A DNA stretch of 64,000 nt from Bryobacterales bacterium (GCA_963422375.2 OY729427.2:1760001-1824000), one strand, 5' to 3'. Counted from the stretch's first letter, positions 10,982-22,245 are shown. Notes: generated by a model from the sequence alone, not told the origin. Made by a program: numbers and translations.

Positions 10982-11056
10982 TAGCGTAGGGTCTCCCCGC
11001 CCGTCGCGGTGCGGAAACGCGGCGAGACTGCGCCGGGCCTCTTCGGCCGCTCGCGG

Positions 11057-11941
11057 CTAGGCCAGCTGGATCCACAGGTCGGCGGCCCAGAAGGCTAGGA
11101 ACAGCACGCTCACCCATCCGTTCACCGCAAAGAAGGCGGCGTCCACGCGGCTGAGATCGTCGGCGCGCACCAGGGACTGCTCGTAGGCCAGCAGCGCGGC
11201 GATGGCTGCGACGCCGGCCAGCGCGAAGGGCCCGAGATCCAAGTTCCGCCAGCCTAGGACCAGCAGGGTCACCATCCCGGCATGCAGGAGCCGCGAGACG
11301 AGCAGCGCCTTCGCGACTCCAAGGCGTGCGGGGACGGAGTGCAGGCCCGCCGAGCGGTCGAATTGGACGTCCTGGCAGGCGTAGATAATGTCGAATCCCG
11401 CCGTCCATAATGTGACCGCTCCCGCGAGGTACAGGATCACCGGGTCGAACGTGCCGCGGATAGCGATCCAAGCCGCGACCGGGGCGCTGCCCAGCACCGC
11501 TCCGAGCACGAAGTGCGACAGCGCCGTGAAGCGCTTGGTGTAGGAATAGCCCAGCGCCAGCGCCAGCGCTGCGGGGCTGAGCTTCAGGCACAGCGGGTTG
11601 AGCAGAGCCGCGGCCAGAACCAGCGTCGCACTCGACACGGCCACGAAGGCCGCGGCGAAGCGCTTCGAGACGGTGCCCGCCGGGAGCGCCCGCCCGCCCG
11701 TGCGCGGATTCCGCGCGTCGAGCCGTGCGTCGGCCAGGCGGTTGAAGGCCATCGCCGCCGACCGCGCCGCGACCATCGCCGCCACGATCCAGCAGAGCTT
11801 CCAGGTGGTCTCCCGGGCGGAAAGGCCGGCACCCTGCAGAGCCAGCAGCGCCCCGGTGAGCGCGAAGGGCAGGGCGAAGACGGAATGCTGGAACTTGATC
11901 GCCTCCAAGACGCGGACCGCCTGCCTCGGGATCCCGTTCAT
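11057..11941 (-). CDS. UbiA-like polyprenyltransferase (futalosine pathway, MqnP-like)
   Basis: IKFQHSVFALPFA, ARSAAMAFNRLADARLDARNPRT..RALPAG, YSYTKRFT, AGFDIIYACQD; near mqnE. Confidence 0.92.
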   Translation of the reverse strand: MNGIPRQAVRVLEAIKFQHSVFALPFALTGALLALQGAGLSARETTWKLCWIVAAMVAARSAAMAFNRLADARLDARNPRTGGRALPAGTVSKRFAAAFVAVSSATLVLAAALLNPLCLKLSPAALALALGYSYTKRFTALSHFVLGAVLGSAPVAAWIAIRGTFDPVILYLAGAVTLWTAGFDIIYACQDVQFDRSAGLHSVPARLGVAKALLVSRLLHAGMVTLLVLGWRNLDLGPFALAGVAAIAALLAYEQSLVRADDLSRVDAAFFAVNGWVSVLFLAFWAADLWIQLA

Positions 11942-12714
11942 CGGCCGCTTCCGAGCAGGTTCGCCAGCGCCTCGCGACGGTCCGGCTGCCGCATCAGGCT
12001 CTCGCCGACTAGGAATCCTTGATAGCCAGCGTCTAGAAGGCGCTTCAGGTCGTCCGTCGTGCGGATGCCGCTTTCGCTGATGCGCAGGACGTCGCTCGGA
12101 AAGAGCCCCGCCAGATCCAATGAGGTCTTGAGCGAGACCTCCATCGTCCTGAGGTCCCGGTTGTTCACTCCGACCAAGCGAGCGCCCGCCGCGAGCGCCC
12201 GCTCGAGTTCGCTCGCGCCGTGGACCTCGACGAGGGCATCGAGGCGCAGCTCCCGCGCCGTCGCGAGCAGCTCGCGCAGCTCGCTGTCCTCGAGCACCGC
12301 GACGATCAGCAGCACGCAGTCCGCGCTGCCGGCGGAGGCCTGCAGCAGGTGATAGCGGTCCAGCGTAAAGTCCTTCCGCAGCACGGGCAGGGACGTAGCG
12401 GAGCGCGCCAGCGCTAGGTCGTCCATCGAGCCCTGAAAAAACTGCCTGTCGGTGAGGACGGACAGCGCGGCCGCTCCTGCTCGCTCGTACCCTCGCGCGA
12501 TTTCCGCGGAATCGAAGTCCTCGGCGATCAGTCCAGCCGAGGGAGACGCCTTCTTGATTTCGGCGACCACCGCCGGGCGCTTGGCCGCGACAGCGGCCCG
12601 GAACCCTCGCCGCGGCGGAATCGGCTTGCGTTCCAGGACCGCCTCGCTCTTGAGCGAGCGGTCCACGACGAGTTCGGCGCGCTTGCGCACGACGATCTGG
12701 TCCAAGACCGTCAT
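11938..12714 (-). CDS. trpC: Indole-3-glycerol phosphate synthase
   Basis: AEIKKASPSAG, LSVLTD, LPVLRKDF, LVEVH, GVNNRDL, SESGI, FLVGESLMR. Confidence 0.96.
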   Translation of the reverse strand: MTVLDQIVVRKRAELVVDRSLKSEAVLERKPIPPRRGFRAAVAAKRPAVVAEIKKASPSAGLIAEDFDSAEIARGYERAGAAALSVLTDRQFFQGSMDDLALARSATSLPVLRKDFTLDRYHLLQASAGSADCVLLIVAVLEDSELRELLATARELRLDALVEVHGASELERALAAGARLVGVNNRDLRTMEVSLKTSLDLAGLFPSDVLRISESGIRTTDDLKRLLDAGYQGFLVGESLMRQPDRREALANLLGSGR

Positions 12715-12737
12715 GTCCCTGCCCCGCGGGCCCGCCA

Positions 12738-13463
12738 TTACATGTACAGCCCGCCGCTGACGTTGAGCACGTGACCGGTCACGTATCCCGCCTCCTCGCT
12801 GGCGAGGAAGCAGACGGCCGCGGCGACCTCTTCGAGCCGGCCCATCCGTCCGAGCGGCACTTGGGCCAGGATCTTGGACCGTGCCGCCTCTCCGAGCGCC
12901 TGCGTCATGGCCGTATCGACGAAGCCCGGCGCCACGGCGTTGACCGTGACGCCGCGACCCGCCAGTTCCAGCGCGAGGGACTTGGTCAGCCCGATCAAGC
13001 CCGCCTTGGACGCAGCGTAATTGGCCTGGCCCGCGTTGCCCGATAGTCCTACCACCGACGAAACGTTGATGATGCGGCCCCAGCGCTTGCGCGCCAAGTG
13101 GCGCATCAGCGCGCGGGCGCAGCGGAAGCTTCCGGTCAGGTTGGTGTCGACCACGCGCTGCCAGTCCTCGTCGCGCATTCTCATGGCGAGGCCGTCCGCC
13201 GCGATGCCCGCATTGTTCACGAGAATGTCGATGGTTCTGCCGCGGGCGGCGGCCAGACCGTCAATCGAGGCCTGGTCCCTGACGTCGAGCGCGACGGCTT
13301 CTGCCGCCCCTCCGTCCGCTTGGATCTCGTCCACCAGCGCTGCCAGCTTGCCCTCCTGCCGGGCCGCGGCGATCACCCGGGCCCCTCTTGCCGCAAGCGC
13401 CTTGGCGCAGGCCCGGCCGATTCCCTGGCTGGCGCCCGTGACCAGGGCGACGCGGTCTGTCAC
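12738..13463 (-). CDS. fabG: 3-oxoacyl-ACP reductase
   Basis: TGASQGIG, NNAGI, GNAGQANYAASKAG, VAPGF, NVSGGLYM; GTG start overlaps the fabD stop. Confidence 0.93.
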   Translation of the reverse strand: MTDRVALVTGASQGIGRACAKALAARGARVIAAARQEGKLAALVDEIQADGGAAEAVALDVRDQASIDGLAAARGRTIDILVNNAGIAADGLAMRMRDEDWQRVVDTNLTGSFRCARALMRHLARKRWGRIINVSSVVGLSGNAGQANYAASKAGLIGLTKSLALELAGRGVTVNAVAPGFVDTAMTQALGEAARSKILAQVPLGRMGRLEEVAAAVCFLASEEAGYVTGHVLNVSGGLYM

Positions 13464-14383
13464 GGGACGATGGCCTCGACCGCGGCTAGGTTGTGAGTGG
13501 TCATGCCCCGCAGCGAGCGGTCGATCCCTCGCAGCAGCCCGGTCAGCACCCTGCCGGGTCCCACTTCCACGAAGCGCTCGACGCCGCGGCTGACTAGGTG
13601 GCGGACGGTCCGGGTCCATTGCACCGGGTTGGGGATCTGCTCGAGCAGTCCGGAGCGCGCCTCGTCGGCCAGGCGGATCTCTCGAGCCTGCCAGTTATTG
13701 ACCAGCGGCACCCGCAGGTCCGCTAGGGGGGCGGCCTCGATGTCCGCGGCCAGCCGCGCCCTCACCGGCTCCATGAGGGCGCAATGGAACGGTGCGCTGA
13801 CCTCGAGCTGCACGGCCCTCCTCGCCCCGGCCGCATTGGCCAGCTGCACGGCTCGCCCGACCGCTTCGGCGTGCCCCGCGATGACGACCTGGGACGGCGT
13901 GTTCAGGTTCGCGGGAGCCACCACCTGTCCTTGGGAGGCATCCCGGCAGACCCTCTCCGCGGTCTTGTCGTCGATTCCCAGCAGGGCGGCCATCGAGCCC
14001 AAGCCCGCAGGCACTGCGTCCTGCATCAAGCGCCCGCGCTTGCGGACGATGCGCACGGCGTCCTCGAACGGAATGGCCGCGGCCGCGACGAGGGCCGAGT
14101 ACTCGCCTAGGCTATGGCCGGCGACGAAGTCCGGCTCGACCCCCTGCGCTCGCAGGACGGCAAGGGTCGCCACCGAGACGGTCAGTATTGCCGGCTGGGT
14201 GTTCTCGGTCCGCTTGAGATCCTCGGCGGGCCCCTCGAAGCACAGTCGGGACAGGGGGAACCCGAGCGCGTCGTCGGCCCGTTCAAAGACGCCGCGCGCC
14301 CGGGGGTGCCGTTCTGCCAGCTCGCGGCCCATTCCGGGTGCCTGCGATCCCTGCCCCGGAAAGAGAAACGCGGTCACGGGCAT
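13460..14383 (-). CDS. fabD: Malonyl-CoA:ACP transacylase
   Basis: FLFPGQGSQ, TQPAI, AGHSLGEY, VSAPFH, EVGPGRVL. Confidence 0.96.
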   Translation of the reverse strand: MPVTAFLFPGQGSQAPGMGRELAERHPRARGVFERADDALGFPLSRLCFEGPAEDLKRTENTQPAILTVSVATLAVLRAQGVEPDFVAGHSLGEYSALVAAAAIPFEDAVRIVRKRGRLMQDAVPAGLGSMAALLGIDDKTAERVCRDASQGQVVAPANLNTPSQVVIAGHAEAVGRAVQLANAAGARRAVQLEVSAPFHCALMEPVRARLAADIEAAPLADLRVPLVNNWQAREIRLADEARSGLLEQIPNPVQWTRTVRHLVSRGVERFVEVGPGRVLTGLLRGIDRSLRGMTTHNLAAVEAIVP

Positions 14384-14458
14384 TGGACGGCGGTCGAATT
14401 CCGAGTGTAGCAACCGGTCCGACCGCTGCCCGCCCGGGGCGGTGAGAGAATCGGATCC

Positions 14459-15670
14459 GTGCGCGCGAAGGTGCGGATCGAGAAGCTGGTCTACGGCGGG
14501 GCCGGCTTGGCGCGTCACGACGGCGCGGCGGTCTTCGTTCCCTACGTCCTGCCGGGCGAGGTCGTCGAGGTCGACTTGTCGAAGCGGTCCGGAGGCGTGC
14601 TGCACGGCGCCGTCGCCTCGTGGGAGGAACGCTCCCCGGAGCGCTCCGAGCCCCCGTGTGCGGTCTTCGGCCGCTGCGGCGGCTGCCATTACCAGCACGT
14701 CCCCTACGACCGCCAGCGCGAGCAAAAGGCGGCGATCCTGCGCGAGACGCTGCGGCGCTTAGGTGCCCTCGTCTGGGAGAGCGAGATCAAGGTCGCGTCC
14801 GCGGAGCCTTGGGGCTACCGGAATCGAGTCCGACTCCATCTCGACCGTCGGCGCGGCCGGGCGGCGGTCGGATTCATGGCTGCCGGCTCGCGTCGCCACG
14901 TCGAGGCTCCCGAATGCCCGATCAACTCCCCGCGGCTCAACGAGCTGCATCGGACCCTGCGGGAGATGGCCGCGGAGCGCAGGTTTCCCAAGGGCCTCGG
15001 CGAGGCGGAGTTCTTCGCCAGCGGCGGCCAGGTCCAGATGAACCTGCCCCGGCGTCCGGGGCCGCTGCCCCGGAAGTTCTGGGCGTGGTGCGACGACCGT
15101 CTTGGCGTGCCCGGCCCTGGCCGGTCCGTCGACTACCCTTGCGGGCCCGACCTGTTTCGGGTCAGCGGGCGCTCCTTCTTCCAAGTCAATCGGTTTCTCG
15201 CGCCGAAGCTGGCCGGCAGCGCGCTGGGCTGTGCCGACGGCCGCCTGGCGCTCGACCTGTTCTGCGGGGTCGGCCTGCTGACGCTGCCTCTCGCCAGGCG
15301 CTGTCGAAGCGTGATCGGAGTCGATTCCGCCGCTACCGCGGTGCGCGACCTGCAGAGCAATGCCGCTCGCGCGGGCCTGTCGTTGCAGGCAGTTCACATG
15401 GAGGTTGCCGAGTTCCTCGAGGGCTGTTCCGAGCGGCCCGACGTCATCGTCGCCGATCCACCGCGTGCCGGCTTGGGCGCTCGGGCGGTCCGTCAGATCT
15501 TGCGCCTGCGCCCCTCCCAGCTGCGCTTGGTGTCCTGCGACCCCGCCACGCTGGCCCGGGATATCAAGCTCCTCGTCGCCGGGGGCTTTGCCGTCGAGAG
15601 CCTCGAGCTCGTGGACATGTTCCCGCAGACCTACCACATCGAAGCGGTCGCGGCGCTTCGAGGGCCTTGA
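14459..15670 (+). CDS. rlmD: TRAM-domain RNA (uracil-5)-methyltransferase, RlmD/TrmA family
   Basis: TRAM N-terminus, C...CGGC Fe-S motif, SFFQVN, LDLFCGVG, DPPRAG, VSCDPATLARD, DMFPQTYHIE. Confidence 0.85.
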   Translation: MRAKVRIEKLVYGGAGLARHDGAAVFVPYVLPGEVVEVDLSKRSGGVLHGAVASWEERSPERSEPPCAVFGRCGGCHYQHVPYDRQREQKAAILRETLRRLGALVWESEIKVASAEPWGYRNRVRLHLDRRRGRAAVGFMAAGSRRHVEAPECPINSPRLNELHRTLREMAAERRFPKGLGEAEFFASGGQVQMNLPRRPGPLPRKFWAWCDDRLGVPGPGRSVDYPCGPDLFRVSGRSFFQVNRFLAPKLAGSALGCADGRLALDLFCGVGLLTLPLARRCRSVIGVDSAATAVRDLQSNAARAGLSLQAVHMEVAEFLEGCSERPDVIVADPPRAGLGARAVRQILRLRPSQLRLVSCDPATLARDIKLLVAGGFAVESLELVDMFPQTYHIEAVAALRGP

Positions 15671-15697
15671 CCGGGGGCGCGCCTGCGCCGTCCCGCG

Positions 15698-17140
15698 CTA
15701 GGCGAGGATTTCGCGGATCACGTTGCCATGCACGTCCGTGAGGCGGTAGTCGCGGCCGCCGAACCGGTAGCTCAGCTTGTTGTGGTCGAGCCCCAGCAGG
15801 TGCAACACCGTTGCGTGGAGGTCGTGGACCGTGCATTTGCGCTCCACGGCCCGGTAGCCGTACTCGTCGGTGAGCCCGTGGATGTACCCCTTCCTCAGGC
15901 CGCCGCCGGCCAGCCACAGGCTGAATCCGAACGGGTTGTGGTCCCGCCCCGCGGTGCCTTGCGCGAACGGGGTGCGGCCGAACTCGCCGGAGAAGATCAC
16001 GAGCGTCTCGTCGAGCAGCCCGAGCGCCTTGAGGTCCTTCAGCAGCGCTCCGACCGGCTGGTCCACCGTCAGCGCGTTCGCTCCGTGGCCGACCTCGAGG
16101 CCGCCGTGCTGGTCCCAGGGGTTCCCCATGCCGTCGGACTTTCCGGGGGTGCTGACCATCGTCAGCTCGACGAAGCGCACGCCGCGCTCGACCAAGCGCC
16201 GGGCGAGCAGGCACTGCTGCGCGTAGGCGGCGGTGGACGGGTTCTCGGAGTCGACGCCATACATCTTCCGGGTCGCCTCGGTCTCGCCGGCCAGGTCGAC
16301 GAGCTCTGGCACCGCGCTCTGCATGCGGTAGGCCGTCTCGTAGTTGGCGATCGCGGCCTCGATCGGCTCGTGGCCGCCCACTCTCGCGAGGAAGCCGTCG
16401 TCCATGCGCCGCACGAAGTCCAGCTGCCGGCGCTGCCGCTCGTCCGGCTCGGAAGGCACCACGTTCCTCAGGGGCTCGTCGCGGCCGGGGTGGATGAGAG
16501 AGGCTTGGTTGACGGAGGGCAGGAATCCGTTGCCCATCATGTTGATCCCGCCGTGAGGGATGCCGCCGCCGCCCGTGACCACGAAGCCGGGCAGGTTGCG
16601 GTTTTCGCTGCCCAGCCCGTAGGTCACCCAAGCGCCCATGCTGGGGAATCCGGCGAACGGCAGTCCGCAATGGAAGTAGTAGTTGCCCTGCGCGTGCTCC
16701 ATGAACTTGGCCGTCATCGAGCGGATCACGCAGAGGTCGTCGGCCATCCCGCCGATGTGCGGGAAGAGATCGCTGACAGGGATGCCGCTCCGGCCGCGGC
16801 GGCGGAATTCCCAAGGGCTGGGAAAGATATTCCCGTCCTTGTTGAACATGGTCCGCTCGGTCTTGAACGGCATCGGCCCGCCGGACTCCCGGGCGAGGCG
16901 CGGCTTCGGGTCGAACGAGTCGACGTGCGACATTCCGCCGGACATGTAGCAGAAGATGACGTTCCGCACCTGCGGAGCGAAGTGCGGGTCCCTGGGGCCG
17001 CCCGTCGCCTGGGCCTCCTCGGCGAGCAGCGCCGCGGCGGCCAGCATCCCGAAACCCGTCGACGAGCCCCGCAACATCTCCCGGCGGGTGTACCCTCGGT
17101 CGATCCGACTTCGGCCGCGCCAACGATCCCTAGCGGACAT
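15698..17140 (-). CDS. DUF1501 family protein (Tat-like signal)
   Basis: TRREML, YMSGGMSHVDSFDPKP, PSMGAWVTYGLGSENRNLPGFV, ARRLVERGVRFV, GEFGRTP, GRDHNP, RLTDVHG. Confidence 0.92.
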   Translation of the reverse strand: MSARDRWRGRSRIDRGYTRREMLRGSSTGFGMLAAAALLAEEAQATGGPRDPHFAPQVRNVIFCYMSGGMSHVDSFDPKPRLARESGGPMPFKTERTMFNKDGNIFPSPWEFRRRGRSGIPVSDLFPHIGGMADDLCVIRSMTAKFMEHAQGNYYFHCGLPFAGFPSMGAWVTYGLGSENRNLPGFVVTGGGGIPHGGINMMGNGFLPSVNQASLIHPGRDEPLRNVVPSEPDERQRRQLDFVRRMDDGFLARVGGHEPIEAAIANYETAYRMQSAVPELVDLAGETEATRKMYGVDSENPSTAAYAQQCLLARRLVERGVRFVELTMVSTPGKSDGMGNPWDQHGGLEVGHGANALTVDQPVGALLKDLKALGLLDETLVIFSGEFGRTPFAQGTAGRDHNPFGFSLWLAGGGLRKGYIHGLTDEYGYRAVERKCTVHDLHATVLHLLGLDHNKLSYRFGGRDYRLTDVHGNVIREILA

Positions 17141-20100
17141 ACAGGAACTCCTTGAAGTTGAACAGCGCATGCGCGAAGCCGCTCCACACCCGCGGCTCGC
17201 CGAGGACATCGCGCTCCGCGGTGCCCTCCTCGTCGGCGAAGCGGGCCACGAAGGCCGTCGCCTCGGCCCGTTCCGCGTCCGAAGGCGGGCGTCCTAGGGC
17301 CTTGCGGTACATGTAGGCGACCCGGCTGGCGACGGTGAGGCCCTCGCCCGCCGCCAGCCGCTTGCCCCAGGCCTTGGCGGATTCGACCACGAACGGGCTG
17401 TTCATCATCGCGAGCGACTGTGCCGGGACGTTCGTTTCGTCGCGGCGACCGCGGGTGGTCGAGGGGGTGGGCTGGTCGAACACCTCCAGGAACGGGTTGG
17501 TGCGGTTGCGGCGGATCTCTTGGTAGACGCTGCGCCGGTCGTCACCGTAGGGCGAGGAGGGCGGCCCCTTGATCTCGTCGTACATGCTGCGGGAGTCGGG
17601 AGGCGAACCGTACATGCGACGGTCCAGCCTGCCCGACACAGCTAGGACGGAGTCCCGGATCGCCTCGGCTTCGAGGCGGCGGACGGGCATGTGCTGCAGC
17701 AGGGCGTTCGATGGATCGGACGCCAGCGCGGCCGCGGACGGCGTGCTCCGCATCCGGTAGGTGCTGGTGCTGACCAGGCGTTCTATGAGGCGCTTGATGG
17801 ACCAGCCGTCCCGGACGAACGTGGCGGCGAGATAGTCCAGCAGTTCGGGGTGAGACGGTCGCTCGCCGAGCGCGCCGAAATTGTCGGGCGTCGCGACGAT
17901 TCCGCGCCCGAACAGGTGCTGCCAGACGCGGTTCGCCATCACGCGGGCGGTCAGCGGGTTGGACGGGTTCGCTACCTCCTCGGCCAGTCGCAGCCGCACC
18001 GAGCCGGCGTCGGCGTAGGCGGCCCCTCCCAGCGCGGTCAGGAACCGTCGCGGCACCGGGTCGCCGGGCCTCGCGGGATCCCCTCGGATCAGGAGCGGCT
18101 GGTCGGGCGCACTCTCCTCGACGATGCCCGGAAACCTTCGCGGGACGGGAATCCGCGACTCCAGGCGCCGGTACTCCGCGAGGAGGGGGCCCGCGCCGTC
18201 GATCTCGTCGGCCGACCTCGGCAGCAGGCCGCGTCGCGCGAGGTAGTCGAGGAAGGCCGCCTGGCGTTCGTCGAGGCCGCCGGCGCCCCAAGCGCGGGCC
18301 GCGGTCCTGACCCTAGCGGCGAATACGCGCGGGAGCTCTTCGGGCGCCCTGGGAGCCTCGCCGTCCAGGAAGTACAGGACGGGCTCGACCGTCGACCGCG
18401 GCGTGACCTTGTCGTTATGGAAGGCGACTGCGGACGCGCCGATAGCCGAACGGCTGTGCTTGGGGCGCTCGGGACGCGGCTCCTTGGCGCCGTCGACAGG
18501 GTCGAGGACAAAGTTGGTCGCGTCCTCCCGCGTCGCGAATTCGACGTAGCCGGTAAAGCCTTTCCAGAAGTCCGTCTTCCAGCTCCACCACCGCATGGTG
18601 TCGCTGCGCGGGCTGTAGCGCTGGTGGTAGATTCCGCCGAGAGGCAGCGAGTAGTTCTCGACGATGAGCCGCGCGAAGCTGAAGGCGCTGCCCAGGACCC
18701 GCACGCTTACGTAGTCGGTGTCGATCTCGAAGCGCGGCGACTGCATCACCCCGGCGTGCTTGGTCGACAGCAGGTGCGTGTAGGCCCCGCCCGGATAGAT
18801 TCCTTCCAGGACGAGATCGCCCTCGCGGATGACTTGGAACTCGCCGGGAGCCGAAGGGGCCTCGCGGAAGCCCGCGCCGTGGCCGATCCAATCGCGGTAG
18901 TCGCTGCCGGCGAGGTCCCAGACGCGCTCGAAGCGCTCCGCATTGAAGGCGGCGCGCGACTCGATTTCGCGGCGCCATTCGTCGCGCAGCTCGAGCCAAG
19001 CCTCTTGGAACAGCCCGCCTTGCTCGTCGGCCAGGCGCATCCATGCGTGGAGCGGGCTGGACTCGTCGCAGGCGGCTTCCTCGAACGCCTGTCGCGTCGC
19101 ACTGTCCTCGCCTTCCCAGAGTCGGCGCCCGATCTCCTGCGACTGCGCGACCCATGCGTCCGCGACGGTCTTGCGGATGCGGTTCTTGAGGACGCCAAGT
19201 TCGTTCGCGTGGAGCTGGAGGCGGCCCGGGGAATCCGCGGTCCGCATGGTTGGTCGCGCTCCGTAGAGCACGCCGAACAGCGCGTAGTAGTCTTGCTGGC
19301 TGATCGCGTCGAACTTGTGGTCGTGGCACCGGGCGCACGACACGGTGAGGCCTTGGAAGGTCTTGGAAAGCACGTCGATCTGGTTGTCCGTCCATTTGAC
19401 GCGTTCTTCCCACGGGTCGACCGGCTGGTAGCCCAGCTCGACCACGCGCAGGTGGGCCGTGCCGAGAATCGACTCGTTGAAGCCCTTCTCGGCGTCGACC
19501 CGGGGGCTCTCGAGCAGGTCGCCCGCGAGGTGCTCGCGGACCAGCTGGTCGTAGGGGACGTCCGCGTTGAAGGCGCGGACGAGATAGTCGCGGAATTGCC
19601 AGGCTTCCGGGACATCGGGATCGCCTTCGCTGCCGTGCGAGTCGGCGTAGCGCATGAGATCCATCCAGCGGCGGGCCCAGTGCTCGCCGAAGCGCTCCGA
19701 GGCGAGCAGGCGCCGGACCAGGCGGGCGTACGCGTCCGGAGACTCGTCGCGCGCGAATTCCTCGGTCTCGGCCGGGGTCGGCGGAAGCCCGGTCAGTCCG
19801 AACGACAGTCGCCGGATGAGCGTCTGCCTGTCGGCCGGAGGAGCCGGCCGAAGCCCCTCCGCCTCGAGCTTCGTCAGGACGAAGCGGTCGATCGGGTCGG
19901 CCGGCCAGTCTTCGAGCGTGACCCGAGGCGCTTCGACGGCGCGGACGGGCTGCCAGGCCCAGTGCGCCTGCTTGCGCGCTTCTAGATCGAACACATCGCC
20001 TGACGCTGCGGGTGCCTGCTCGTCCGGCCAAGGCGCTCCCATGCCAATCCACTCCGCTATGTCGTCGATCCTGGCCTCGGGGAGGCGGCCGCTAGGCGGC

Positions 20101-20429
20101 ATCAGCACGGGCGTGCCCCGAAGCACTTGGATGAGGCGGCTGCCTGCCGGGTCCCCGGCCAGCACGGCCGGTCCGGAGTCTCCTCCCGCGAGCACCGCTT
20201 GGCCGCTGTCCAGCCGCAGCCCGGCGAAGGCTGCTTCGACCTCCGAGCTATGGCACGCGTAGCAATGCTCCGCTAGGACCGGTCGAACCTTCGACTCGAA
20301 GAACTCCAGGTCAGCAGCCGAGGGCGTGGCGGCGCTGGCGCTTCCTGCCGTCCCCGCGGGAACGAGCGTCGCCACGGCGAGCGTCGGGATCCGGACCGCG
20401 GTTCGAAGACTGGCCCAAGGAATCGTCAT
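17130..20429 (-). CDS. Planctomycete cytochrome c / DUF1549 / DUF1553 protein
   Basis: [81 protein letters not shown]. Confidence 0.92.
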   Translation of the reverse strand: MTIPWASLRTAVRIPTLAVATLVPAGTAGSASAATPSAADLEFFESKVRPVLAEHCYACHSSEVEAAFAGLRLDSGQAVLAGGDSGPAVLAGDPAGSRLIQVLRGTPVLMPPSGRLPEARIDDIAEWIGMGAPWPDEQAPAASGDVFDLEARKQAHWAWQPVRAVEAPRVTLEDWPADPIDRFVLTKLEAEGLRPAPPADRQTLIRRLSFGLTGLPPTPAETEEFARDESPDAYARLVRRLLASERFGEHWARRWMDLMRYADSHGSEGDPDVPEAWQFRDYLVRAFNADVPYDQLVREHLAGDLLESPRVDAEKGFNESILGTAHLRVVELGYQPVDPWEERVKWTDNQIDVLSKTFQGLTVSCARCHDHKFDAISQQDYYALFGVLYGARPTMRTADSPGRLQLHANELGVLKNRIRKTVADAWVAQSQEIGRRLWEGEDSATRQAFEEAACDESSPLHAWMRLADEQGGLFQEAWLELRDEWRREIESRAAFNAERFERVWDLAGSDYRDWIGHGAGFREAPSAPGEFQVIREGDLVLEGIYPGGAYTHLLSTKHAGVMQSPRFEIDTDYVSVRVLGSAFSFARLIVENYSLPLGGIYHQRYSPRSDTMRWWSWKTDFWKGFTGYVEFATREDATNFVLDPVDGAKEPRPERPKHSRSAIGASAVAFHNDKVTPRSTVEPVLYFLDGEAPRAPEELPRVFAARVRTAARAWGAGGLDERQAAFLDYLARRGLLPRSADEIDGAGPLLAEYRRLESRIPVPRRFPGIVEESAPDQPLLIRGDPARPGDPVPRRFLTALGGAAYADAGSVRLRLAEEVANPSNPLTARVMANRVWQHLFGRGIVATPDNFGALGERPSHPELLDYLAATFVRDGWSIKRLIERLVSTSTYRMRSTPSAAALASDPSNALLQHMPVRRLEAEAIRDSVLAVSGRLDRRMYGSPPDSRSMYDEIKGPPSSPYGDDRRSVYQEIRRNRTNPFLEVFDQPTPSTTRGRRDETNVPAQSLAMMNSPFVVESAKAWGKRLAAGEGLTVASRVAYMYRKALGRPPSDAERAEATAFVARFADEEGTAERDVLGEPRVWSGFAHALFNFKEFLYVR

Positions 20430-20636
20430 GGCACGCTCAACACCTTACAGGTCCGTGACGGCAGGTACCGGCGCGAGATCGCTGAAGCCCGGGCCGCGCC
20501 TGATCAACCTTGGCCTGGACGAAGGGCTCCCTGCTTCCAGCTGCCGTTTCCCAGAGGCTTGCTAGCTGCCTGCCCCGGGGGCGATAATCGAGGCGGGATA
20601 TGGCCCCTCGGCCCCGAGAACGCGTCCCCTTCTCAA

Positions 20637-21968
20637 ATGAGCACTTCCCGTCGCACGTTCATGACCTCAGCGGCCATCGGCTCCGCCCTACCGATGACTG
20701 CCGCGTCCGCTAGTCGCATCCTAGGGGCCAACGACCGAATCCGTCTCGGTCTGATCGGGTGCGGCGGGATGGGGCGCGGCGACCTGCGCGACATGCTGCG
20801 CGCCGGCAAGACCGAGGCCGTGGCGCTGTGCGATGTCGATGACTCCCAGATCGAGAAGACACAGAAGTCGGTAGTGGCGGCGTCCGGCCAGAACGCCGAG
20901 TTCGGTACGAGCGACTTCCGGCGCGTGGTCGAACGCGATGACATCGACGCAGTCATCGTCGCGACGCCTGACCACTGGCACGCCATCCCCACGGTAGAGG
21001 CATGCAAGGCCGGCAAGGACGTGTACGTCGAGAAGCCGCTCGCGATCACGGTATGGGAGGGCCGCCAGATGGTTGACGCAGCTCGCAAGCACGAGCGCGT
21101 CGTCCAGATGGGTACTCAGCAGCGGTCGGGCGCCCAGTATCTCGCCGCCAAGGAATACATCGACAGCGGCAGGCTCGGCCGAGTGCGCCTAGTGCGGTGC
21201 TGGGCCTACCTGGACTGGAAGGGCGAGACACCCCATATGCCGGACGGGCCCGCACCCGACGGCGTCGATTACGACATGTGGCTCGGCCCGGCCCCGGAGC
21301 GGCTGTATAACCGCAACCGCTTCCACTTCAACTTCCGATGGTACTGGGACTACTCCGGCGGTCTGATGACCGACTGGGGCGCGCACATGATTGACATCGC
21401 CAACTGGTACATGGGTATCAAGTCGCCGACCTCCGCGATGTCGGTCGGCGGCAAGTTCGCCTACCCTCAGGACGCGATGCAGACTCCGGACACGCAGCAG
21501 GTGCTGTACGAGTTCCCGGATTTCTCGATGGTCTGGGAGCACGCGCTGGGCGTTGGCCGCGGGCCCGCTGACCGCGAGCACGGCGTCATGCTGCACGGCG
21601 AGAACGGCATCCTGATCGTGGACCGGCAGGGCTGGGAAGTGCTGCCCGAAACCGACCGCATCGGCAAGCGGGTGCGGGAATACAAGGCGCCGGGCGTGCC
21701 GCACCAGGCCTACCGGCCCGACCGGGAGAACATGCATCAGGACCACGTCGAGAACTTCCTAGATTGCATGCGCACCCGGGAGCGCCCTCGGTCTGACGTG
21801 GAACTGAGCCACGACTCGATGATCGGCTGCCACCTTGGCAACGCGGCGCTGCGAACGGGCCGTCGGGTCTACTGGGACGTCGACAGGGAACGGGTCGTAG
21901 ACGACCCGGAGGCCGAGGCGATCATGTACAGGCGCCCCTACCGCAAGCCGTGGAAGCTCAGGGTGTAG
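20637..21968 (+). CDS. Gfo/Idh/MocA oxidoreductase with Tat signal
   Basis: SRRTFM, GLIGCGGMG, ATPDHWH, YVEKP, QMGTQQRS, DWGAHMID. Confidence 0.92.
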   Translation: MSTSRRTFMTSAAIGSALPMTAASASRILGANDRIRLGLIGCGGMGRGDLRDMLRAGKTEAVALCDVDDSQIEKTQKSVVAASGQNAEFGTSDFRRVVERDDIDAVIVATPDHWHAIPTVEACKAGKDVYVEKPLAITVWEGRQMVDAARKHERVVQMGTQQRSGAQYLAAKEYIDSGRLGRVRLVRCWAYLDWKGETPHMPDGPAPDGVDYDMWLGPAPERLYNRNRFHFNFRWYWDYSGGLMTDWGAHMIDIANWYMGIKSPTSAMSVGGKFAYPQDAMQTPDTQQVLYEFPDFSMVWEHALGVGRGPADREHGVMLHGENGILIVDRQGWEVLPETDRIGKRVREYKAPGVPHQAYRPDRENMHQDHVENFLDCMRTRERPRSDVELSHDSMIGCHLGNAALRTGRRVYWDVDRERVVDDPEAEAIMYRRPYRKPWKLRV

Positions 21969-22245
21969 GTGGCGCAGTCCGGCCGAGCCGCGGTCAGATG
22001 CATCTGGCGCCTCGAAAATTGAGCTAGGAGAAGTCAAGTGCCTGCCTAGGACACCCTTCGCAGGCACTCTGGAAATCCCGAATTGCCTCAATGTAGAGTC
22101 CCTACCCACCCGGCACGGCTGCGCTTGGGCAGTCTAGGATTCGGTAGCCAACGGGTCAGAGGCGGCTCCGATTGTAGCTAGATCCCGGATCGAGTAGAAT
22201 CGGTGGGGAGCGTGCCGGGGGCACGCAGAGGAGAAAGGTATCTCT

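Noticed and set aside
17691..19985. Long antisense or off-frame ORFs (also 35209-37437, 42040-44499, 47000-48889 and many others)
   Set aside because: Expected in high-GC DNA opposite or overlapping well-supported genes; no motifs
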